DNA of 64,000 bases, taken from Histomonas meleagridis 2922-C6/04-290x (taxonomy: Eukaryota; Protista; Parabasalia). Below the pieces are notes generated by a model. It was not told where the DNA came from. It ran no database searches and saw only the letters and a list, made by a program, of their open reading frames with translations. The stretch's first letter is position 1; the number at the start of each line of letters is the position of its first letter. The stretch is from assembly GCA_020184695.1 (NCBI GenBank), contig JAANOX010000278.1, forward strand, positions 248,001-312,000. Reading direction: 5' to 3'. The position numbers and the translations under genes are program-made. Positions 10,970 to 20,395 of this stretch are shown piece by piece.

Positions 10970-11500
10970 ATTATTTAGATAAAAGCCTTGATTTAATACA
11001 AAATGACATTAAAATAAATTTAGTATCTGTTAAAGTTGAAAATGATTTGACACAAGGATGAATTACTCATCAGAAATGTGATATACAATGATTTAGGAGT
11101 AAAATATGTGATATTAATTAATATTACAACGAATTGTAATATTGGTAATTAAGAAATGGACAAGAATTAATATAATGAACATTTTCACCAATAAAAATTG
11201 TTTCAAAATCATTACAATAAGCAAAAGTATTATTCATAATAGAAATTCAATTAGGAATTGTAAATGTTTTACTTTTCTCATTCGGATAACTAATGATTCG
11301 TGAATTTCTTTAGCATATAAAATGCCATCATTTTCATAATTTGAATATTCAAATTTTTTTCTAAAGTTCTTGTTTCAAGTACTGTACATTTGTAAAATGC
11401 ATTATCACCAATGCCATTAAAACTGTGAGTGTTTTTGTCTCTGCTTCATATGATTGCTTTGTGTTAACAAAAAATATAATCATCAATATCAAAAATGTTT
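10970..11500 (-). pseudogene. Heavily decayed BspA-like relic
   Basis: Fragments in shifting frames: MIIFFVNTKQSYEAETKTLT (cf. SESYDKNTKTLT of the 60898 copy), GIGDNAFYKCT, ENDGILY, SYPNEKSKTFTIPN. Confidence 0.65.
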
Positions 11501-11965
11501 TGAATTTTTATCATAAATTAAATAACTTTTATAAAAATATTTAATAAAAAAAAAATAAGGTGAAGCATACTTGAATCCCCAAAAATTACATGATCATAAC
11601 AAAAATTCCCGAGTTTTGTTTACTGGGTTTTGCTAATAAAAACTTTTTGTATACATATTTGGTCAATTTATAAAAACACATCCAAACTAACGCAATAAAT
11701 ATTTTTAATTTTTTTCAACATCATAATGATTACCATACTTTGTGTTTTTTATTTTCTATATCATAGCTTATATTTTCAAACAAGACAAATGTTATAGTTC
11801 ATGATATATGCATATATCATCAATTTTATTTTTCTACTCCGCATCTCTAGTTAATAAAAAATGATTCTTGTAGGTGATATGTATATGGCTATTTTTAAAA
11901 AATCTTAAAGAATAAATTTTGTGATTCCTTTTTTATCAAATGATTTGTCACTTTTTATCAAATTC

Positions 11966-13177
11966 ATGAAAAACAAAGGGAAAAAAACCCAACAAATACA
12001 AAAATTGAAGACGAGTTAAAAAAGCTTTCATTTATTAAGCAAAAAATTATTGATTTAAAGAAAGAAAATTTTACCAAATCATTAAATTCATTAATCAACA
12101 AATTTAACAAAAACATGCCATTACTTTTTAACACTTTTATAAGTCAAATTATATATTCATTATGTGTTATAAGAATTAATGATTTTGATATTGAAATATA
12201 TTTAAATTTAATTAAAGGAATTGAAGCTTTTGAAATACATTCCAGAAATTTTTAATGTGTTTTCACAATTTCTTCATGAAAAAAATACACAAGAATCGAA
12301 TTACTTTCTTGAATATATGTTTGAATATTATTTTCATAAAAATTACAAAGCACTACCAAAGAATAATCCGGAACTTCATAAGCAATTAATTAGAGAAGGT
12401 CATAATCCAAAAGAAATTGCAAAAATAATTCGAAATGATGATATAGAAAAACTTCAAGAAATATCATCTCAAAATGATTTTGATTTTGATCAAACAATAG
12501 AACCATCATATTATGAAAGATGTTCATTTTTTAATCAAAAGAATGTGACATTAATTGATTATGCAGCATTTTTTTCTTCAGTTAAATGTTTTAAATATTT
12601 ATTAATGATTAATGCAAATGTAGAAAACACAGGTAAATATGCAGTTGCAGGTGGAAATGAAGAAATTATTCATTTATGTGAACAAAATCATTCATCATTT
12701 AAAGATGCATATGAAACAGCAATTATGTTTAATCGAAATGATATCTTTAAATATTTTTATGAAAATAAAATTGATAATAATTTAAAGGAATTAGGAATGA
12801 AATGTATTTGTAATAATAATTATGATATTTTTTCATTTTTGTTTGAAAATAGACTTAAGTTTGGGGATGTTATTTCTAAAATAGTACAAACTGAGAAATT
12901 ATATTTTTTATATCTTTTTCACCCAAATCGCTTGCCTCATAATATTTTGTTTTTATGTATGAATGTCCGAAATATTGAGATAATAAAATATATTCTAAAG
13001 TATAATATTAATGTCAATTATAGAGAAATTTGTTTTTATAATTTCATATTTAAAAATAATACTTGGTAATTATTTATATTATTTTTGACTGCACTTCTAT
13101 TGGCTTCTTATAATGGTAATACAGATATGGTTAAATTACTTCTTGAACATTAAGATATTGATGTAAATGCTAAATTT
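11966..13177 (+). pseudogene. DUF3447-type ankyrin-repeat gene, frameshifted and truncated
   Basis: IIRNDDIEKLQE, TLIDYAAFFSSVKCFKYL and YAVAGGNEEIIHLCEQ are the trichomonad ankyrin-family signature. The N-terminus is in another frame, and the last repeat TALLLASYNGNTDMVKLLLEH*DIDVNAK contains a stop. Confidence 0.8.
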
Positions 13178-14241
13178 TCATTTTAATATATCTAACATTA
13201 GATTAAATGATATTTCATTTTTAGATGTAATTTTTCTCAAATTCTTTTTATCATATTTATTTACTTCTTCAAATGTATATGCCATTAATGATGAATCTTC
13301 AGATAATATTGAATATTCCAAACATTCATTCCAATTTTTTTGGTTTAGTAGAATTGGTACACATCTTGATTTAGTAGAACATAAATCAAGTAATTTAAAT
13401 GCTATTTCTTCTTTTTGTATTAAAAATGCAGTCATAGCTAAACCTATCAAGTCAATTTGCCCTTCCATTTCTAATAATTTCTCATTTATTTCTTTGGGCG
13501 ATAATTTTGTTCTGATTAAACAATTTGCCCAATGCGCAGAAATAAAACTTGTATCAATTCCCATAAAATTGGCAATTCGAAGTGCTTCGAAATGTAATGA
13601 ACGATTACAATGTCTTTTTAATAAATTTGGGATTGTTAATGTTTTTAATTCTGCATAAGTTATAAGAATATTAAATGGTTGATGATTCATTATTTCACAT
13701 ATGCGTAAAATTGAAATTTGTTCTGCAAATTGATCAAAATTACGTAATTGAATAAGCTTTTCACTTTCTTCAGATCCATCATCTTTAGGTATGGGAATAA
13801 TTAAATGTAACCTTGATATAGCTAAAAGTAATGATTGCCTTTGTTTAAACTTAGTGAAGAATAAAGTAGCATCATTTAAACCAATTAAACCTTCTTCAAT
13901 TTCATCAATTGAAAAATACCTTCTTTTGTAAAAATACGTGCACCATCTATTTCGGTAATTATAGCAAAATCTGATTTCATTTCCCAATAAAGTGCACGAT
14001 CAGAATTACCTAACATCCAAATTTTATTATTTTTTATTAGTAAAACAGTATCGTTACCACACCAAATTATCTTTTTCGGGATAACTTCATCAAAATGAAT
14101 ATGAATTTTTACATCATTTAGATTTTTCCCCAGAAAGAAATAATTTGTATCTGATCTAATTAAAGCAAATTCAAGTGAAGGAGAAAATATTATTTCATCA
14201 ACAGGATATTGAAAGAACTCAGTTTCAAATGATTTTTGCAA
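13178..14241 (-). pseudogene. VPS16: Internal fragment of Vps16 (HOPS/CORVET), frameshifted
   Basis: WCGND, EIDGARI, HFEALRIANFMG...ISAHWA and CVPILL...ECLEYSILSEDSSL match Vps16. No ATG start, frameshift near 13920, both termini missing. Confidence 0.75.
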
Positions 14242-14493
14242 TAATTTTTCAAATTATAATTTAATTTGAATAATTTCTTAATTTTTTCTTTTCTTTTATG
14301 TGATTGATAGATTGTACATCGCAAACTAATATACAATTTCAGATAAACTTTCTGATGCATTCAGATGCTCATCGATGTTTAACACCGATAGAATCGGCCA
14401 TACTCAGTCAAATCTCATCGTGTTTTGAATACTTTATTCTTCTTTATTCTGTTGAATTTTGTCAACTTTTGTGAAAAGGTAAATCACACGGCC

Positions 14494-14718
14494 ATGTCGA
14501 TTCTTGAGTCCTTGATCAAAAAATACAAAGTAATAACAGGTGTATATTTCCTCTCAAAGCCAGAACGAAGAGTTTGGAATATATTTTTCCTCGTTCTTTT
14601 CATCGTTTTCATTTTCGGCTTAATAAATTTATCAAAAGGAACAATGCATTCTTTCCAAAGGCTACTTGGTTTCGGGTTAGAACCTCAAAATCCTGTTAAC
14701 GGCGATTCATATCATTAG
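14494..14718 (+). CDS. Small membrane protein resembling the serine palmitoyltransferase small subunit (SPTSS/Tsc3 family)
   Basis: 74 aa from ATG 14494, preceded by TCACA. KKYKVITGVYFLSKPERRVWN plus a single TM matches the Y.v.tglYmLepwE...fn-TM pattern. Confidence 0.6.
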   Translation: MSILESLIKKYKVITGVYFLSKPERRVWNIFFLVLFIVFIFGLINLSKGTMHSFQRLLGFGLEPQNPVNGDSYH

Positions 14719-14901
14719 CTTTATTATCTATCGAATTAGCAATCAATAAACTTTGATTCTATCAAGCATTTACTTTTCTATAGCACACAAAACTTATGCA
14801 CCCATTTAAAATTAAAAGATATCTTATTTAAATAATAAATGTAGTGTACTTATCATAATACAATGTTTTTTATAAAAAATTGTCTCAGATATTAATAACA
14901 T

Positions 14902-16245
14902 TTATTCATATGGTGAAAAATACGAACCATCAGAGTAAGCAATCTTCGTTTTTTGGTCATGAGCTCTTTTTGCTTCTTTTCTTCTCAAAGATGTTAAAAA
15001 TTTTGATGTATTCTCTAAGTTAGACATTCGAATATCTTGCACGTCCCTTAGCTTCCTTCTCATTTCTTCAAGGTAGAAAGGTCCAGTGTTAGGACGTTCA
15101 ATAGGATGATATGAATATTCATTTGGAAGTGAAATAGGTTGGAAAGAAGAAGACCATTTCGCTTGAGATGCTGTTGATAACAAAATTTGATTGTTTTGAT
15201 CTGTCATTTGTCGGATAGAATCAAGATCATTTCTTATTTCGCGAAGTGACTGATATTGTTTAGAAATATCATAGTTCTTTGTAGTTGTCTCAGATGATGA
15301 TAGGTAGTATTTTAAATCATTCACATATCCGGAAATTGTTTCTATTTTTGATAAGTCGTTTTCACCATCATTTTCAAAGATATTTGATCGTTCATTCTCA
15401 ATTTCATCAAATTTTTGTTTGATTTTTTCGGTTTCTTCTTTTTGGCTTTCTCTTTTGCACTCGAGTTCAATTTGCGCATATAAACATTGGCGTGCTCTTG
15501 CACTGTTCTTTTTAGTTGATTCTTTTAATTTGTTTCTTATTTTATTGAGTTCATTAAATTGATTTGATAATGTTTCGTGAGTTAATTGAGTCTGAATACT
15601 TTGCGTACAAGAACGGATATCTTCTTTAAGGCAATTGATCTTTTTGATTTTGTCTTCTGAATTATTAGTTTTAATTGTTTCGATTCGATTGAAGAGATCA
15701 CGAAATTTCATGCCAAAAGGATCAATGGTATCAACAGCTAACTGCGAAAATTTATTTTGATCAGTTGTAAAAATAATTTCATCTCTTATCATCTGCCTTA
15801 TTGATTCTATAAACGAATAAATAATCTCATCTATTGAGGAATTATCTTGGAGTGAATTTTTAATTGTATTCGTAAAATCATTTGATACTAAATTTAATTT
15901 ATGCTGAAGATATTCAATAATATTTCTTTCAATAGAAGACTGCAAACTAAAATCATCTTTGTGATTATTTGATTGAATATTTTGTGAAATTGTGGTTTGA
16001 ATTTGATTCACATCAGAATCTTCATCTATTTCTTTGGGAATAGCTTCAGAAAAATCACTTTCATCAAGAAGTGCATCAATATTTAATGGCTTTCTTTGCG
16101 GTGTCCTACCTCGAGATTGGGGTAATTTCTTTTTTTTCTTTTTCTTTTCAGTTTTTGGCCTTGGCTTTGACTCGGCCATGCCTTCATCAAACAGACCAAG
16201 ATCTTTCAGTCCTGCAATAAAGTCACTATCAACTTCTGAATCCAT
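14902..16245 (-). CDS. Hypothetical coiled-coil protein (acidic N-terminus, poly-Lys patch)
   Basis: 447-aa ORF with ATG start and long heptad-rich regions; no family recognised. Confidence 0.7.
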   Translation of the reverse strand: MDSEVDSDFIAGLKDLGLFDEGMAESKPRPKTEKKKKKKKLPQSRGRTPQRKPLNIDALLDESDFSEAIPKEIDEDSDVNQIQTTISQNIQSNNHKDDFSLQSSIERNIIEYLQHKLNLVSNDFTNTIKNSLQDNSSIDEIIYSFIESIRQMIRDEIIFTTDQNKFSQLAVDTIDPFGMKFRDLFNRIETIKTNNSEDKIKKINCLKEDIRSCTQSIQTQLTHETLSNQFNELNKIRNKLKESTKKNSARARQCLYAQIELECKRESQKEETEKIKQKFDEIENERSNIFENDGENDLSKIETISGYVNDLKYYLSSSETTTKNYDISKQYQSLREIRNDLDSIRQMTDQNNQILLSTASQAKWSSSFQPISLPNEYSYHPIERPNTGPFYLEEMRRKLRDVQDIRMSNLENTSKFLTSLRRKEAKRAHDQKTKIAYSDGSYFSPYE

Positions 16246-16422
16246 TTTGGATCCAAAATCAGTTAGAATTTAATTTCTGAAGCTCATAGAAAACATTGAA
16301 TACATATAATTATTTACTATTTTTATCCTTAAAAAACAAGAACACTTCTTAATTTACATTTATTCTGGAATGTAATTCATATTTTATTTATGTAGGCATG
16401 TTTTCCATACATTATTACAATA

Positions 16423-17712
16423 TTAAGCGTTTTGAGGATAAAACAAATCGTTCAACACATTTCTTTCATCATCTTCATTTTCGTCAAGCCACTCTCTAAA
16501 TGAACTATTGTCAAGTGCGTGTTGTATCATTTCATCACGAGCACCTTCATCAACTTCGTTAAGCAATCTTTCAAATGCGTTTACAATCATTTTCGTATCG
16601 CCCAAAGAAGGAAAATCGAATAAATAAACAAAAATTTCTTTTTGGTTTAACATTTCGAAAATGTCCAAAGAAGACTTTAAGTAAAATATAATTATTAACT
16701 TAATTATTTGACTTTTTACTGAGTATACTCCTTCATCGAACTTAGATATAAGTGAGAAAAACATATTAATGATAAACTCTTCGTTAATATAAAATGGTAA
16801 TTCGTAAATAATATTATTAAATATTTCGATTGCATTTGTAAATCGCTTTGATTCAATCGATGTGTTTATAAAAATATAATTAATAAAGTCAAATGTTCCA
16901 ATATCAACAAAATACTGAATTTGATTTTTAGCATTTTCGATAATGAATTGTAACAATTGAATTATTTGTTTTTGAAGTTTTTTATTTTTATCATAAAGAT
17001 GAAAGAAACAAACTAAAAAATTATTTTCCACATAAAAATTTAAATACATTTCATTAACTAAAATACATTCATATGAAAGTTGAAAAAGATCACAGATTTC
17101 ATCAGGATCAACTGGAATAATTCGAAATAATAATGGAATGATTTCAATAAATTCTTCATCAAACCGATTTAAGCGTTTCACAATTGAACATGCAAGTTTC
17201 GTTATGCGATTATAAATTTCGAAATCATTTGTTTGTAAAATGCCAGCCACTTTTTGAATGTATGGGGATTCAATGAATTTGAGACCAAGATGTTCGGCCG
17301 ATAGAACTAAAAGTCGCGTTAATTTAATTGATGGATGCGAAGGGAAAGTCTCAATGCAAAATTGAAACAAACCTTGTTCCATCGAAAAATCAGCCATTTC
17401 TGATGGGTATGATAATATTCGATAAAGTAAGCGAAAACATGTTTTGGAAATGTCATACTTGTCTGAGAAAGAATTCTTTATAACCATAATAATAAAATCT
17501 TGTGGAAATAAAACTTGAAAATCATCAAGGATACTACTTAAGTCTGCTGCTGATTTAAGAATATCGCTGGATTTAGAACTATTCATAAATAATTGATAAT
17601 TTAAATTAACCCTTTTCAAAAGATCTTCATCTGTTAGACTTTGGGATTGTGTGTTCTTCCATTTTTCTTTTTTCATTAAAATTTTAAGTTCCAATTTGTA
17701 TCCAGGGTTCAT
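16423..17712 (-). CDS. Hypothetical ARM/HEAT-like helical-repeat protein
   Basis: Long open frame with amphipathic helical pattern resembling importin-alpha-like parabasalid paralogues; start placed at first ATG (MNPGYK). Confidence 0.6.
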   Translation of the reverse strand: MNPGYKLELKILMKKEKWKNTQSQSLTDEDLLKRVNLNYQLFMNSSKSSDILKSAADLSSILDDFQVLFPQDFIIMVIKNSFSDKYDISKTCFRLLYRILSYPSEMADFSMEQGLFQFCIETFPSHPSIKLTRLLVLSAEHLGLKFIESPYIQKVAGILQTNDFEIYNRITKLACSIVKRLNRFDEEFIEIIPLLFRIIPVDPDEICDLFQLSYECILVNEMYLNFYVENNFLVCFFHLYDKNKKLQKQIIQLLQFIIENAKNQIQYFVDIGTFDFINYIFINTSIESKRFTNAIEIFNNIIYELPFYINEEFIINMFFSLISKFDEGVYSVKSQIIKLIIIFYLKSSLDIFEMLNQKEIFVYLFDFPSLGDTKMIVNAFERLLNEVDEGARDEMIQHALDNSSFREWLDENEDDERNVLNDLFYPQNA

Positions 17713-17839
17713 GTCGGTGCAATGCTGCCATAAAAAATTATAATAAATATTTTTGGCAATATTTTTTTCACTCAAATTTCCTGTGTTAAAGATTCGAAAA
17801 TTGAATCTGATATATAAATAAAATTTTACAAATTTGAAC

Positions 17840-17911
17840 TCCGATATCGTTCATCGGTTAGGATATGTGGTTTTCATCCACGGGAGCGGGGTTCGACTCC
17901 CCGTATCGGAA
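17840..17911 (+). tRNA. tRNA-Glu (TTC)
   Basis: Acceptor TCCGATA/TATCGGA; anticodon arm TGTGG-TTTTCAT-CCACG; T-arm CGGGG-TTCGACT-CCCCG; downstream T-run. Confidence 0.95.
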
Positions 17912-18224
17912 TAAATTTTTTCATGATTATTTTTTACAAAATTTTTACATTGTCTGAGTAAAAATAATTTTGGGAAAAAATCTTTAATCATCAATGTTGG
18001 ATAAACATACTCCAACTTAGAACAAAGAGTAATACTTTGAACTCAGTTGATATTGACATAATGTTAATCATGATTTTCATTTCATTTTAATAATGTTCTT
18101 AGAAGAAGAAAGAAATTCATAGAGTACAGTTTAATTCAAATAAATGGAATTTATTGATATTTATCAAGTATTCAGTGAGCGAAAAAAAAATTGGATTCAA
18201 CAGAAATGTGATATAAAATAATCA

Positions 18225-20213
18225 ATGTCCAAATTTTTATCCAGAGGAAACAAGGAATTTTCAAATGAAAATTTTTCCAAAGCAATTGAGTACTATGATC
18301 TTTCTTCAAAGAAAGGTAATAAGCCCAGAATATTATCTGATTCTCTTTTAAATCAATCAATTTCAGCTTCTTTTTTAGATCTTCCAAAATTAGCAAGAAA
18401 CTACTTTGCAGAAGCACTTGAAGTTCCTGTTCGAAATGAAGCTATTCAAACATCACAAAAAGAAATGAATGAAGTTCCAATAAGACAAATTTCACAATCT
18501 TTTTCAGACGATGATCTTGGTTTTTTTGAAGAAATTGAAGAATCCTCTTTTTTTAAGAATATAAATTCAGTCAATGATTCTTTTGATATTGATAGATGGT
18601 CACCAACAATTTTTTCCAAAAGGTGTTTCATTTATTCTCAAATCGGTGATTACAAAAATGCACATCAAGAAGCACAGATCATGACTACTGTTGATCCAAT
18701 GTCTCCTATTTTTTGGGAAATCCGAGCTGAATGTGCATGGCTCATTAAGGACATAAAATCCCTTGAGGAATCGGTAAAGAACTGCAAAAAATTGGGAGCG
18801 AGTCCAAACCTTCATATGGCCAAGTATTATTGGCTTAAAAAAGAATATGATCTTGCTGATAAATACCTAAATGCAGCAGTAGAAAATCATGAAAGTGCAG
18901 CTGTAGTTAACCGCTCCAAGTTCAATCTTTTAAGGGGACGCGTAATGAGTGTTGTAAAAGATACTCCAAATTCACCAATATCAATCTTCACTCAAAAAAT
19001 CTTACCAACAAAGGTCAACCTCCAAATTCTCAGCCAATGTCCTTTTCTTAATTATGTTCTATATTCGTTTTATCGTTCTTTCTCTGTTCCTTTATCCTCT
19101 CTTAAACCCTCAATGTTCATAGAAATTCCAGTACAAAAAGCTTGGGTCCATGGAACTCCAACACTGTCACAGCCTTCTCTTAATTCTTCTGTCGAAGACA
19201 TTCCTCAATGTTTTTGCCTAAAGATCAAAGATATGGAGACCGTTAAGCACATTCACGAAAGCGGCCGTTTATTCGGCCGTTTAATTGATAAGGATTCAAT
19301 TAATGAAAGAGCAACAATATGTTATGGACTTGCGACCTTAGAAGTATCAAAATGTATTTCCAGTTATCTTAATAGCACAGATAAACCAAGTAATATTCCC
19401 GGGTTTTCTAATGTCATTACAATTATAATGAATTGGTTACGTCTTATTGACCCTACAATTCCTGTTTTCATAAGAAACCAAATTGTGAATACTCCGTTAT
19501 ATATTCATGTACAAAAAAAAGGAATTTCAACTGAACTTTATTCTTATAATCAACGTTTATTTGAGAAGCTTAAAAATGGAATATCTCACTCTACCTCAAA
19601 GGAAATTTATGTTCATATCTCCTCTGCTCAAACTATCGATGAACTTTGGAGTATTTTTAAGTCAGATATTAAATATCCAATTCCCAATTCACCTGCATCA
19701 ATTTTCTTATCTTCACATAACAACACTTTAGACTTTGGGCTTGTTGTCGAAGAAGGAAATGAAAGTAGAATACATGCAAATGATGAAGTTATAACTTTAT
19801 GGTATAATCTAATGAACACAGCGCGTGCTGGAAAAGTTGGACAAAATGTATTTGAGTTCATACGTACCTGGATGAGAGCTTCACCACTTACGAATTACTC
19901 TCATGTTGCAGGTTCCATTTTGCTTTTTGCACTTTTGCATTCAATTTTTGGGGTAACCCCAGAAGAGAACGTTATGAAACCGTTTGATTTGCAAATCGAA
20001 GCACTTCTTTCCCAAAATTTAGAGAAGTTTATCGAATATTTAAAGGGAAATGATATGAAGCTTCATGTTGATAGTTCAGTTGATCAGAATTTACCTGATA
20101 TAGCAAAATTAATGCCAAATCTTCACATGAGAATTCAAATGCTACTTGATATCCCAGAACACTCTCAGACAAATAATGAGAACGAAACCAATGAAGAAAA
20201 AGAAAATAGTTAA
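18225..20213 (+). CDS. TPR protein, TTC13/SRFR1-like
   Basis: N-terminal TPRs. C-terminal NWLRLIDPTIPV, WMRASPLTNYSHVAG and DLQIEALL resemble the TTC13/SRFR1 conserved C-terminal region. Confidence 0.6.
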   Translation: MSKFLSRGNKEFSNENFSKAIEYYDLSSKKGNKPRILSDSLLNQSISASFLDLPKLARNYFAEALEVPVRNEAIQTSQKEMNEVPIRQISQSFSDDDLGFFEEIEESSFFKNINSVNDSFDIDRWSPTIFSKRCFIYSQIGDYKNAHQEAQIMTTVDPMSPIFWEIRAECAWLIKDIKSLEESVKNCKKLGASPNLHMAKYYWLKKEYDLADKYLNAAVENHESAAVVNRSKFNLLRGRVMSVVKDTPNSPISIFTQKILPTKVNLQILSQCPFLNYVLYSFYRSFSVPLSSLKPSMFIEIPVQKAWVHGTPTLSQPSLNSSVEDIPQCFCLKIKDMETVKHIHESGRLFGRLIDKDSINERATICYGLATLEVSKCISSYLNSTDKPSNIPGFSNVITIIMNWLRLIDPTIPVFIRNQIVNTPLYIHVQKKGISTELYSYNQRLFEKLKNGISHSTSKEIYVHISSAQTIDELWSIFKSDIKYPIPNSPASIFLSSHNNTLDFGLVVEEGNESRIHANDEVITLWYNLMNTARAGKVGQNVFEFIRTWMRASPLTNYSHVAGSILLFALLHSIFGVTPEENVMKPFDLQIEALLSQNLEKFIEYLKGNDMKLHVDSSVDQNLPDIAKLMPNLHMRIQMLLDIPEHSQTNNENETNEEKENS

Positions 20214-20395
20214 CAATCTTAAGATCACGAAAAATTACAAATTTTCTAAATCGAAGAAAATTAATCCAAAACTTGAATGCAATTCATTCATGTTTACATT
20301 TCCTTTATTTTGAACCGTATCATATTTGTAAATAATATCTTATTAATAAGAACAATTATTTTTTGAGAAACAAAGTTTATTCTTTGAAGTCACTT

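Noticed and set aside
8148-13177. Stop-codon reassignment explaining in-frame TAA/TGA
   Set aside because: Intact genes terminate at TAA/TGA, multi-kilobase ORFs are open in the standard code, and the stops co-occur with frameshifts, indicating decay.
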